Source of the DNA: an uncultured Spirochaetota bacterium
GTDB lineage: Bacteria; Spirochaetota; Spirochaetia; SZUA-6; Fen-1364
Reading direction: 5' to 3'
Assembly: GCA_963734545.1 (NCBI GenBank)
Contig: CAVTHO010000006.1
Location: 224,001 to 288,000, forward strand
Length of the DNA stretch: 64,000 nucleotides
A program made the translations under genes and the position numbers. Below, piece by piece: positions 10,779 to 20,127 of the stretch; position 1 is the stretch's first letter, and each line of letters starts with the position of its first letter. Below the pieces are notes generated by a model. The model made no database searches and had not been told where the DNA came from. It saw nothing but the letters and a program-made list of their open reading frames with translations.

Positions 10779-11685
10779 ATGAAAAGCACCAAGCGAGATC
10801 ATAGGCAGGGCGCGCGAGCTCGGTGTGGGCCTGCCGGCGTTCAATATCGCCCATCTGCCCATGACGGAGCCGGTCATCCGGGCGGTGCGGGACCAGGATT
10901 CCTTTGCCCTCGTGGAGGTGTCACGGATCGACTGGGTCAAGTTCGGCGCAAAGAGCCTCGCCGCTGTCATGGAGGAGTACCGCAAGTGGGACGACCCCCG
11001 GCACGTGCGCATCCACCTCGACCACGTTCCGGTGATCGACGAGGACCATGAGAAGGTGGACTACCGCGCAATCATCGAGGAGGCGCTCTCCGTCGGCTAC
11101 CAGTCCGTCATGATCGACGCCTCGCGTCTCTCCCTGGAGGAGAATATCAGCACCACGCGCGAGATCGCGGAGCTTGCCCACGCGTCCGGCATTCCCGTCG
11201 AGGCGGAGCTTGGTGCCGTGCTGGGCCACGAGGAAGGGCCGCTGCCTCCCTACGAGGAGCTTTTCAAGTCCGGCAAGGGCTTTACGCGCAAGGAAGAGGC
11301 GGCGCGATTCGTGCGCGAATCGGGTTGTGACTGGCTCTCGGTGGCCATCGGCAACATACATGGCGCGGTCGGGGAAGCGACAAAGGATCAGAAGAAGCCC
11401 GAAGCGAGGCTTTCTCTGTCCCATCTCGAGATCCTCGCCGGCGTAACGGGCATCCCGCTGGTGCTGCACGGCGGCAGCGGGATCAAGCAGGCGGACATGC
11501 TCGCGTCGATGAAGAAGGGCATTGCGAAGGTCAACGTGGGCACGGAGATCCGCCAGGCATACGAGCAGGCGCTGAAGGACCGGGGCAGCGTGACGGCAGC
11601 GCAGGACGCGGTCTATGCGCGCACCGTTTCCCTGATCAAGGACTGGTTCAGCCTGACCGGCATCCGGGCCCGGATCCTCGACTGA
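10779..11685 (+). CDS. Class II fructose/tagatose-bisphosphate aldolase (frameshift near 10790)
   Basis: Motifs PAFN, IHLDH, SVMIDAS, VEAELG, AIGNIHG, LVLHGGSG and KVNVGT. The ATG at 10779 is in a different frame from the body. Confidence 0.88.
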
Positions 11686-11691
11686 GCCGCG

Positions 11692-13201
11692 TCACACGGC
11701 GCGCAGATAGTCCTTCATGAGCGGCCAGAGCTCCCGGTAGCGCCCGTGCCTCTCCCGGTAGAGGCGCTGGCTGACCGGTTCCGGCTCGAATCTCTCTCCC
11801 AGGCTCACCATGGCGCGCACGCCTTCCGCTATGGATGCAAACACTCCGATTCCTGCGCCTGCCAGGATGGCGGCCCCGAGACAGCCGGCTTCAGCGACCC
11901 GGGCGCGCACCATCGGGCTTGCCGAGGATGTCGGCGCGTGATCTGCAGCCACGCATCCGACTTGCTGCCCCCGCCCACGGCGCGCAGCTCCTTCATGGCG
12001 ATTCCGGTCTCCGCGATCGAATCCACGAGCTCCTTGTGATAGAAGACGACCCCTTCCATGATTCCTTTCAGAATGTCTCCCCGGGTGGTATCCAGCTTCA
12101 GCCCGACGATCACGCCGGAAGAATCAGTGACGAACTCCGGGGGGCCCGTGACCGTGAAGTGCGGGAGCACGAATACGCTGCGAAGGGCCGGCCGGTATCT
12201 CGCTGATCAGGTCCGCGTACACGTCCCTGCCCGATTTCTCCGCGGCCTCCTTGTCGGCCCGGGCAAATGTGTCCCGGTACCACTTCAGGAGCAGCCCTCC
12301 CTGGTTGTAGATAAAGCTGACGAACCGTCCGGGCACCGCGTGGTGTTCCGTGTTCAGGCCCCACCGCATCATGATTTCCGGTGTCTTGCGCCCCGTGAAG
12401 ACCGGCACGATTGTCAGGTAGGTCCCCATGCCGCTCATGCCGAACCCGGCATCCGTGACGCCGCAGCCGAGCGCGTTGGCGCACTGGTCGTGCGAGCCCG
12501 CCACGATCGCGGTGCTCGTCGGCGAGGCCCAGCTCCTCCGCAATCGGACCGGAAACGCTGCCGATCCGTGTTCCCGCGGGGACGGGATCGGGAAGCTTCG
12601 AAAGATCGATGCCCGCCGATGCCCGCCGATCTCCCTTGACCACGCACAGGCGTCCACGTCGAAAAGGAGGGTGCGGTTGGCGAGGGAATAGTCGACGGCG
12701 GGCTCGGCGCCGAGCATGAAGGAGACAAAGCCGCTCCACAGGAGGAACTTCCACGCTCCCGCGTAGATCTCGCGGGGTATGGTCCCTGATCCACATCAGC
12801 TTCGGAAGACTGAACTGGATCCCGAGGACGTTCCCGTTGATCCGGTAGAGCTTCTCGGCTCCGATGCCGGTTTCCAGCCGGGGAAGATACTCCTCCCCCC
12901 GGCTGTCGATCATGAGGAGCGAGGGGCCGAGGATGCGCCGGTCCCGGGAGACCGGGACCATGGCCTCACCCATCGAGGAAACGGAGAGGGCCTTGACCGG
13001 GTCCCCCGCCGCGCCGCTCACCGCGCTGCGGATCGATTTTCTCACCCGGTCCCACACCTCTGTCGGATCCAGCTCCGACCAGCCCGGCCGCGGACGCCGG
13101 ATGTCGTACTCGTCGTACGCGAATGAGAGCGGGTGTCCCGTCTCGGAGAATACGGCCGCCTTGCAGCCCGTTGTCCCGACGTCTATGCCGAGGAGACTCA
13201 T
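11692..13201 (-). CDS. FGGY-family carbohydrate kinase (xylulokinase-like; at least five frameshifts)
   Basis: Motifs LLGIDVGTTGCKA, SSMGE, SLPKLMW, GSHDQ, LPHF, GIMEGV, VGGGSKS and GAAILAG, spread across ORFs 12110-13387, 12124-12717, 11829-12170 and 11692-11952. Confidence 0.85.
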
Positions 13202-13249
13202 TCGCCTATACCACTTCCCCGGCAGCAAGTTGTCAAGCCACAAGGCCCG

Positions 13250-13350
13250 AATCCGCGGGGTACGCGAGTACGCGTTCCGCGCGAACGCGGAACTGCGCGG
13301 TGTACCGTGCAAGGTATCGCGGCGCCAAATCCACGGAATACCGTGGCGCG
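13250..13350 (+). repeat. REP-like hairpin doublet with nested modules, in the kinase/LacI divergent intergenic region
   Basis: AATCCGCGGG-GTAC-[GCGAGTACGCGTTCCGCGCGAACGCG]-GAAC-extra hairpin-GTAT-CGCGG, then AATCCACGGAATACCGTGG. Confidence 0.8.
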
Positions 13351-13405
13351 GATTACTCTGGACTTTCGCTGCCGGCGCGTGTACCATGGCGCAAAAAGGC
13401 AGACC

Positions 13406-14431
13406 ATGACGAAGAACCCGAAGCGCGCGGAGGTTGCCCGACTTGCGGGCGTCTCGGAATCGACCGTTTCACGCTCGCTGAATGATTCGCCCCACATCTC
13501 TTCCGTGAGCAAGAAGAAGGTGCGGGATGCGGCAAAGACGCTCGGCTACATCCCCTCGCGGCAGGCTGCCCTGTTCGCCTGGAACCGCACCTTTACTCTC
13601 GGGTTCGTCGTTCCCTCGTACGCCTCGTTCCCGCCCTTTTCCCGCGCGTATTTCCCGGCCCTGCTGGACGGGGCCGTGCTCGGCGCAAAGCAGCTCGGGT
13701 TCACGATCGCCATCGTGCTGGACCAGGTGGACGTAGAGACACGGGACTACAGCGCCCTTATCCGCAGCAGGACCTTCGACGGTCTTCTGTTCGCCGTGAC
13801 CAAGGCGGACTACACCCCTTTTCACAGGCTGAAGAAAAACAAGATCCCGTTCGTCCTGGTCAACAACTACTGCCCGGGGCTCGATTCCGTGGACGCGCGG
13901 CCCGAGCCGGGAATGCGCAAGGCATTTGCCCATGCCGCCTCCATGGGCCATTCACACATCGGCTATGTCACCGGCGACATGGTGTACAGGAACGCAATCG
14001 ACAGGCTGGATGTCTTCAAGCGCCTCGCGTGCGAGTTCGGAATGCGGACGGATATCGCCCAGGGAGACTTCTCCAAGACCTCCGGGTATCGCGAAACGGG
14101 CAGGCTCATGGAAGCAAAGGACCCCCCCACGCTCATCATGACGAGCTCTGACCGGGAGGCTCTCGGCGTGCTGCAGTATTGCAGCGAACGCGGGCTGCGC
14201 GTGCCCCGTGACCTGAGCGTGATCGGGTACGACAACCTGCACCCGGCCCAGGACGTCACCCCGGCGCTCTCCACGGTGGACAACCCCGTCAGCCGCACCG
14301 GTTGGGACGCGGCCCAGCTCCTCATCGGCATCATCAACGGCTACGTGACCGAGCCCGTCCAGCACTGGCTGAACACGGATTTTGTGGCCCGCGGGTCCAC
14401 CGCGGCGGCGCCATCGGGGAGCGCGCGGTGA
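13406..14431 (+). CDS. LacI family transcriptional regulator
   Basis: HTH motif EVARLAGVSESTVSRSLN, plus LGYIPS, VPRDLSVIGYDN and PALSTV. Confidence 0.93.
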   Translation: MTKNPKRAEVARLAGVSESTVSRSLNDSPHISSVSKKKVRDAAKTLGYIPSRQAALFAWNRTFTLGFVVPSYASFPPFSRAYFPALLDGAVLGAKQLGFTIAIVLDQVDVETRDYSALIRSRTFDGLLFAVTKADYTPFHRLKKNKIPFVLVNNYCPGLDSVDARPEPGMRKAFAHAASMGHSHIGYVTGDMVYRNAIDRLDVFKRLACEFGMRTDIAQGDFSKTSGYRETGRLMEAKDPPTLIMTSSDREALGVLQYCSERGLRVPRDLSVIGYDNLHPAQDVTPALSTVDNPVSRTGWDAAQLLIGIINGYVTEPVQHWLNTDFVARGSTAAAPSGSAR

Positions 14432-15549
14432 GCACGGTACCCGCTCCGGTGAGGATCGGGATCGTCGGCTCGGGAAGCATGGCGGAGTACCACGTCAAGA
14501 AGTTCGCAGCGCTCCCCGGCGTGCTCGTTTCCGCCTGCTCGGACAGGAATGCGTCGCATGCGCGCGATTTCGCGCATCGTCTGCGCATACCGCGCTGGTA
14601 TGCGTCTGCCCGGGAGCTGGCAGGCTCGGGCGATGTCGATTGCGCCTCGATCGCCGTTGTGGACTCGGGCCATGCAGCCGCCGCGCTCGCCATTCTGCAA
14701 GGCGGCATCCCCGTGTTCGCGGAAAAACCTCTCGCGCGCACCGTGCCGGAGGCTGAACAGCTCCTGGCCGCTTCCCGCGCGGCAGGCGTCCCCGCCCTCG
14801 TCAACTTCTCCAAGCGGAACGCTCCGGCCGTTGCGCTGGCGCGGCGCCTCGTGGCAGATGGGCGGATCGGCAGGGTGACGGGCGGGTGCTTCACCTACCT
14901 GCAGAGCTGGCTTCTACAAGACTCGTGGGGCAAGTGGGACGCCACCTCCCGCTGGCGCTGGCGTCTGTCTCCGGAGACGAGCACGGACGGCGTCATCGGT
15001 GACCTGTTGAGCCATCTCATCGACATGGTGAGATTCGTGCTGGGAGAGATCGAATCCGCCACCTGCGCCGCGACCTTTCTGACACCTGACCCGGACTCCC
15101 CGGCCAGCCCGGGAGCCGCGGACTCCTGCGCGGCGCAATTCCGGCTGCAGTCGCAGGCGTTGATCTCGGCCCGCGCAAGCTGGCGCGCGGCAGGGTACCT
15201 GGACGCTCTCGCGTTCGATCTCGAGGGAGACAAGGGAAGCCTCACCGCCGACCTTGCCGCATCCCGTGACACGGTGAAGCTGCGGGAAAAGGCCGGCGGC
15301 GACTGGACCGAGATTCACGCGGAGCCATGCCCGTCCACCTACGAGCAGTTCATTGCCGCGGTCCGGGGCGGGGAACGCGCGGGCCCGTGCTTCGAGGAGG
15401 GAGTCGCCGTCCAGCGCGTCATCGACGCCTGCTCACGATCGACGCACCGCGTCGGCGCGGAACGCGTACTCGCGTACCCGGCGGATTCCGCATCGACGTA
15501 CCCGGCGGATTCCGCATCGACGTACCCGGCGGATTCCGCGCGGGGGTGA
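14428..15549 (+). CDS. Gfo/Idh/MocA oxidoreductase
   Basis: Motifs IGIVGSGSMA, EKPLA, YLQSW and GVIGDLLSHLID. The C-terminus is extended by repeat-derived (YPADSAS) x3. Confidence 0.88.
   Translation: MSTVPAPVRIGIVGSGSMAEYHVKKFAALPGVLVSACSDRNASHARDFAHRLRIPRWYASARELAGSGDVDCASIAVVDSGHAAAALAILQGGIPVFAEKPLARTVPEAEQLLAASRAAGVPALVNFSKRNAPAVALARRLVADGRIGRVTGGCFTYLQSWLLQDSWGKWDATSRWRWRLSPETSTDGVIGDLLSHLIDMVRFVLGEIESATCAATFLTPDPDSPASPGAADSCAAQFRLQSQALISARASWRAAGYLDALAFDLEGDKGSLTADLAASRDTVKLREKAGGDWTEIHAEPCPSTYEQFIAAVRGGERAGPCFEEGVAVQRVIDACSRSTHRVGAERVLAYPADSASTYPADSASTYPADSARG
15438..15540 (-). repeat. 24-bp tandem REP-like repeat (about 3 copies), one copy with the nested 26-bp module, inside the 3' end of a CDS
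   Basis: ATCGACGTACCCGGCGGATTCCGC at 15492-15515 and 15516-15539. The copy at 15438 has GCAC-[26 bp, 15448-15473]-GTAC. Confidence 0.85.
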
Positions 15550-15552
15550 CGG

Positions 15553-16437
15553 ATGATTCACCCACGAATCGGCACCCTCGTGAAAGGAGACAAGGACCCG
15601 GCGCGCGCAATCCGCGAGCTCGCCCCCCTTGGCTTCGAAAGCTTTTCCATCACCTTCTGGCAGTCTCTCGGCGCGGTCGATCCGACCGAGCTGGCACGCG
15701 AGGTGCGCGCCGCGGCAGGGGAGACCGGCACGGTAATCAGCTCGGTCAGCATCTACGGCGACATCCTGCGCGGCGACCCTTCCGCGGAGGAGACGCTCCA
15801 CGGCTACGAGGCTCTCATCGACTCTGCCCCTGCGTTTGGGACCGACATAGTCAGCGGCTTCACGGGGAGGATCCCGGACCGCCCGATTGAAGAATCGATC
15901 GGGCCCTGGAAATCCGTATTCCAAAGGCTCCTGGCGCGCGCGGAAGACAAGGGCGTGCGTCTTGCCATGGAGAACTGCCGCATGGGCGGCACCTGGAAGA
16001 CAGGGCGTTGGAACCTGGCAATCGGGCCGGACGCCTGGGAAGCGCTTTTCAACGAGATACCGTCTGCCGCCCTCGGCCTGGAGTGGGAGCCGTGCCATCA
16101 GCTCCTGTGCCTGGCTGACCCGGTGGCCCAGCTTCAGCGCTGGGCGCCGAAAGTGTTTCACGTACACGGCAAGGATGCCCACATCGACTGGGAGGTCATT
16201 CGCGCGCACGGCGTGTTTGGAAAAGCAAAATGGGCAGTGCAAAGGACGGCGGGCTTTGGAGACTCGGATTGGACGACCATCATTGCCGCCCTGGCGAAGG
16301 CCGGCTACGAAGGCGCAATAGACATCGAAGGCTGGAATGACCCCGTGTTCAGGGATGAGCGTGAAATCGAGGGCCAGGTCCAGGGCATGCGGCACCTGAA
16401 AGCGTGCAGAGAACTGGCCCTAGGAAAATCCCCGTAG
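15553..16437 (+). CDS. Sugar phosphate isomerase/epimerase (xylose isomerase-like TIM barrel)
   Basis: Metal-site pattern LAMENC, GLEWEPCH, HVHGKDA and IDIEG. Confidence 0.85.
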   Translation: MIHPRIGTLVKGDKDPARAIRELAPLGFESFSITFWQSLGAVDPTELAREVRAAAGETGTVISSVSIYGDILRGDPSAEETLHGYEALIDSAPAFGTDIVSGFTGRIPDRPIEESIGPWKSVFQRLLARAEDKGVRLAMENCRMGGTWKTGRWNLAIGPDAWEALFNEIPSAALGLEWEPCHQLLCLADPVAQLQRWAPKVFHVHGKDAHIDWEVIRAHGVFGKAKWAVQRTAGFGDSDWTTIIAALAKAGYEGAIDIEGWNDPVFRDEREIEGQVQGMRHLKACRELALGKSP

Positions 16438-16494
16438 TCCCCGGTTTCAAATAAGTTCTCATTTCGAAAGGAATTACGAACAAACAAAAAAACC

Positions 16495-16523
16495 TTGCAT
16501 TTTCACCAAGGCCGGTGTACGAT
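16495..16523 (+). promoter_or_regulatory. sigma70-type promoter of the sugar ABC/catabolic operon
   Basis: TTGCAT (16495-16500), a 17-bp spacer and TACGAT (16518-16523), with an A-rich UP-like tract upstream. Confidence 0.75.
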
Positions 16524-16529
16524 GCCACG

Positions 16530-16557
16530 GTGTTTATGCACGCGCGTGCATAAACAC
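16530..16557. promoter_or_regulatory. Perfect 28-bp palindrome, probable LacI-type operator
   Basis: GTGTTTATGCACGCGCGTGCATAAACAC is self-complementary with a central CG and sits just downstream of the -10. The core TGCACGCGCGTGCA recurs at 39369. Confidence 0.8.
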
Positions 16558-16620
16558 GTCGTGGGACATCGGTTGAAAACCGATGTCTTCATAATTTCCG
16601 CATCCGAAGGAGGATGGACC

Positions 16621-17943
16621 ATGAAGCGTTTGAGCATCGTTCTGTCCACGCTCGTTCTGCTCTTGGCTGCGACCACGGTGTTCGCGGCGCCCGTCAAGAA
16701 CCTGACCATCTTGTGGGCACAGTGGGATCCCGCTGATTACCTTCAGCAGCTGGGCAACGAATACCAGAAGGCCACCGGCATCAGCGTGAAGATCATCCAG
16801 GAGCCCTGGGGATCATTCCAGGATCGGTTCCAGACCGCCATGGCGGCAAAGGGAACCGAATGGGATATGGTCATCGGAGACAGCCAGTGGCTCGGAACCG
16901 GCGCCACCAGCGGGCAGTACATCGATCTGACCAATTTCATGAACAGCAACAACCTGACAAAAACGGTGACCCCTGCCACGTTGAAGTTCTACGGTGAATA
17001 CCCCATGAACTCCGGCAAGTACTGGGCGTATCCGACCGAGGGTGATGCCTGCGGGTTCGCCTATCGTACGGACCTCTTCAATGCCCCCGCTGAGAAGGCA
17101 GCCTTCCAGAAGAAGTACGGCTATGCGCTTGCCGCACCGAAGACGTGGGCACAGTTCCGTGACATTGCAGAGTTCTTCACCCGGCCCGACAAGGGCATCT
17201 GGGGCGCTGCTATCTACACGCAGAAGGACTATGACGCCCTTACCATGGGAGTGGAAACCGCGCTGTTCTCCTGGGGCGTGGACTGGCAGGACAAGAACAA
17301 CAACGTCCTGGGAGTGGTGAACTCGAAGAAGGCCATCGATGCGATCCAGTTCTATCACGACCTGTACCAGAAGTTCTCGCCTCCTGGCCTTTCCAATGCC
17401 TTCTTCAATGAAACCAACGATGCGTTCATCAGCGGCAAGGCGGCCATGGCGATGAACTACTTCGCATTCCTTCCGTCCCTGTTGAACAAGGGCACGAACC
17501 CGAACTACTACAACAAGGTCGGATACTTCGTGAACCCTGCCGGCCCTTACGGTGACCGCTACGCTGCTCTGGGAGGCCAGGGCATGAGCGTCATCAGCTA
17601 CATCGACGCGGATCGCCAGAAGGCGTCCCTTGATTTCATCAAGTGGTTTGCCCAGGACAAGACGCAGCAGAGGTGGGCGGAGCTGGGCGGCTACTCCTGC
17701 AACATCAAGACCCTGAAGAGCGATGCGTTCCTGAAGGGACAGCCCTACAACCCCGCATTTGCGGAGACCATGACCTTCGTGAAGGACTTCTGGAACATCC
17801 CGGTCTACGGACCGCTCCTCCAGTCGGCCCAGAAATACCTGCACCGCTATGTCGTGGAAAACGTCGGCACTGCCAAGGAAGCCCTGGATTCCATGGCAAA
17901 GGAGCAGGACGCGGTCCTGCGGGAAAACGGCTACATCAAATAG
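16621..17943 (+). CDS. Sugar ABC transporter substrate-binding protein (CUT1)
   Basis: Signal peptide MKRLSIV...VFA. Motifs WAQWDPA, GDSQW, YRTDLF and PKTWAQ. GGAGG RBS. Confidence 0.9.
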   Translation: MKRLSIVLSTLVLLLAATTVFAAPVKNLTILWAQWDPADYLQQLGNEYQKATGISVKIIQEPWGSFQDRFQTAMAAKGTEWDMVIGDSQWLGTGATSGQYIDLTNFMNSNNLTKTVTPATLKFYGEYPMNSGKYWAYPTEGDACGFAYRTDLFNAPAEKAAFQKKYGYALAAPKTWAQFRDIAEFFTRPDKGIWGAAIYTQKDYDALTMGVETALFSWGVDWQDKNNNVLGVVNSKKAIDAIQFYHDLYQKFSPPGLSNAFFNETNDAFISGKAAMAMNYFAFLPSLLNKGTNPNYYNKVGYFVNPAGPYGDRYAALGGQGMSVISYIDADRQKASLDFIKWFAQDKTQQRWAELGGYSCNIKTLKSDAFLKGQPYNPAFAETMTFVKDFWNIPVYGPLLQSAQKYLHRYVVENVGTAKEALDSMAKEQDAVLRENGYIK

Positions 17944-17960
17944 AGAAGAACCTGTGAATG

Positions 17961-17984
17961 GGGGAGGTGGGCAGCCGCCTCCCC
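17961..17984 (+). terminator. Stem-loop after the SBP gene (mRNA stabiliser or partial terminator)
   Basis: GGGGAGGTGG-GCAG-CCGCCTCCCC; no clear U tract. Confidence 0.55.
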
Positions 17985-18005
17985 GCTCTCTGGCCTGAAC
18001 AAAAA

Positions 18006-18090
18006 GTGCGCCGACGTGCTCGGCGGATTTGGTGCGCCGACGTACGGGGTATTCCCCGAACGGGTACTCCCGTACTCGGCGGATTTGGTG
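18006..18090 (-). repeat. REP-like hairpin doublet; the second copy carries the nested 26-bp module
   Basis: GTGCGCCGACGTGCTCGGCGGATTTG, then GTGCGCCGAC-GTAC-[GGGGTATTCCCCGAACGGGTACTCCC]-GTAC-TCGGCGGATTTG. Confidence 0.85.
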
Positions 18091-18149
18091 ACGCGGAGGC
18101 GGCCTCAGCCGTCTCTGGAAGCAGAGAACGGATCGAAAGAGGTAGGCGT

Positions 18150-19112
18150 ATGTCCTCATTGAAAGGCCAGGCATTGCAGCCCGGCACGAGCCTCGTCAAC
18201 CAGTCCCGGCGGCACCTGAGCGACCGGGCCATCCAGAATCTCTTCATCTGGCCGACGCTGCTCCTGCTGATCGCCGTGAACCTTTTTCCGCTGCTGTACA
18301 GCCTCTACCTCGGATTCACGAACTATTCGGCCATCTCCGGCAAGCCGCCTGTCTGGGTTGCGCTCGGCAACTTCCGCACCATCCTGAACGATCCTGAGAC
18401 GTGGCACTACTTCGGCACCTCGGGCCGATACGCCCTCATGTCCGTCGGCCTTCAGACTTTCCTCGGCTTTGGCATGGCCATGCTCGTGCGGCGCAAGTTT
18501 TTCGGAAGCGGGCTGATCACGACCCTCATCCTCGTGCCCATGATGATTTCCCCCGTCGTGGTGGGGCTCTTCTGGAAACTGATCTACAACCCCACCTTCG
18601 GCTTCTTCAATTTCGTGATCGGCGCGGGCAACCCGGCCGCCGGCGTGGACATGCTGGCCAGCAAGTTCTACGGACAATCCGTGCCGGGGGTTGCGCTGTC
18701 CGCCGTGGTCATCGTGGACGTGTGGATGTGGAGCCCCTTCGTGATGCTCCTGGTGCTCTCCGGGCTCAACGCGATTCCCGAGTATCTCTACGAGGCCGCG
18801 GCCATCGACCGGGCCAGTCCCTGGTTCCAGTTCTGGCGGATTACGCTGCCCCAGGTGGCTCCCCTGCTCCTGATCGCCGTGCTCTTCCGGACCATCGAGG
18901 CATTCAAGTCCTTTGACCTCGTCATGGGTATGACGGGAGGCGGGCCGGGAGACCAGACAGAGCTGATTGCCATCAACCTTTACCGGCAGGCCTTCCTGGG
19001 AACATTCAAGACCGGCTACTCCAGCGCTCTGGCCTATATCATTCTCATCATCATCATCGCGGCCAGCAACATGTACATCAAATACCTCAACCAGATCAAA
19101 GGGGAGGCCTGA
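18150..19112 (+). CDS. Sugar ABC transporter permease (MalF-like)
   Basis: Six TM segments and the EAA motif YEAAAIDRAS. Confidence 0.9.
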   Translation: MSSLKGQALQPGTSLVNQSRRHLSDRAIQNLFIWPTLLLLIAVNLFPLLYSLYLGFTNYSAISGKPPVWVALGNFRTILNDPETWHYFGTSGRYALMSVGLQTFLGFGMAMLVRRKFFGSGLITTLILVPMMISPVVVGLFWKLIYNPTFGFFNFVIGAGNPAAGVDMLASKFYGQSVPGVALSAVVIVDVWMWSPFVMLLVLSGLNAIPEYLYEAAAIDRASPWFQFWRITLPQVAPLLLIAVLFRTIEAFKSFDLVMGMTGGGPGDQTELIAINLYRQAFLGTFKTGYSSALAYIILIIIIAASNMYIKYLNQIKGEA

Positions 19113-19115
19113 GCC

Positions 19116-20121
19116 ATGTCGAGATTCGAGGAACGCGGACCCCGGCTGCCCGTCACGCAGCCGGTGCGGGTCGACAAGGTCAGCCCCCAGGCCCGTACTG
19201 TGCGCCGCCTCGTGGCGCTCATCGCGCTCGTCGTTGCGGTGATCATGCTGCTGCCGGTCTTCATCATGGGTATTACCGCGTTCAAGACGCGCTCGGACGT
19301 GGTGACAAGCCCGCCGAAAGTCATTTTCAAGCCCACGCTCGAGGGATTCGTCTATCTCCTGACCGACCGCGCCATTGCAAACGCGGCGCGGCTCGACGAG
19401 CTGGACAAGGATGCAAAGGCAGGGAAGCTCAGCTTCGCCGGCCGTATTGCCCTGGAGGGCGGGCAGGAGATCACGGGTCCCAGCCCGTATGTGCGCAGGC
19501 TGCTCAACTCGGTGATCATCGCGGGGAGCTCCACGGTCTTCTCGGTGATCCTCGGGCTCCTGGCCGCATATGCCTTCAGCCGTTTCAAGGTCCCCGGCAA
19601 GGACGACCTGATGTTCTTCATCCTCAGCACGCGCATGCTGCCCGCGGTGGTCGTGACTATTCCCCTCTTCCTCATGTACCGGCAGCTCGGTCTTCACGAC
19701 AGTCACCTCGGCATGATCATACTGTACACGGTCTTCAATCTCTCATTCTCCGTCTGGCTTTTGAAGGGATTCATCGACGAGATACCGAAGGAGTACGAGG
19801 AGGCGGCGCTCGTGGACGGGTATACGCGCATGCAGGCGTTCTTCAAGATCGTGCTGCCGCAGGCGGTCACCGGCATCGCCGCCACCACCGTGTTCTGCCT
19901 GATCTTCGCGTGGAACGAGTACGCATTCTGCGCTCATGCTGACCAGTCAACGGGCGCGCACGGCTCCTCCCAGCATCGCGACAATTCTCGGGCGCGGGGG
20001 CATCGAGTGGACGGCCATTGCCGCGGGTTCCCTGGGGTTCCTGATCCCTGTCGTGATCGTCACCTTTGCCCTGCGCAAGTACCTCCTGCGCGGCATCACC
20101 TTCGGCGCGATTCGCGGGTAA
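19116..20121 (+). CDS. Sugar ABC transporter permease (MalG-like; frameshift near 19930)
   Basis: Motifs YEEAALVDG and FAWNEY. The C-terminus (…KYLLRGITFGAIRG) lies in ORF 19936-20121. Confidence 0.88.
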
Positions 20122-20127
20122 CCATCC

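Noticed and set aside
11692-13201. FGGY kinase (and clpA, polB) as true pseudogenes or programmed frameshifts
   Set aside because: The same indel pattern hits essential aspS. I saw no nonsense codons and no consistent slippery sites, so sequencing error is the simpler explanation.
16426-16446. AATCCCCGTAGTCCCCGG as another copy of the hairpin family
   Set aside because: The stem is poorly paired and the sequence is too degenerate to support.
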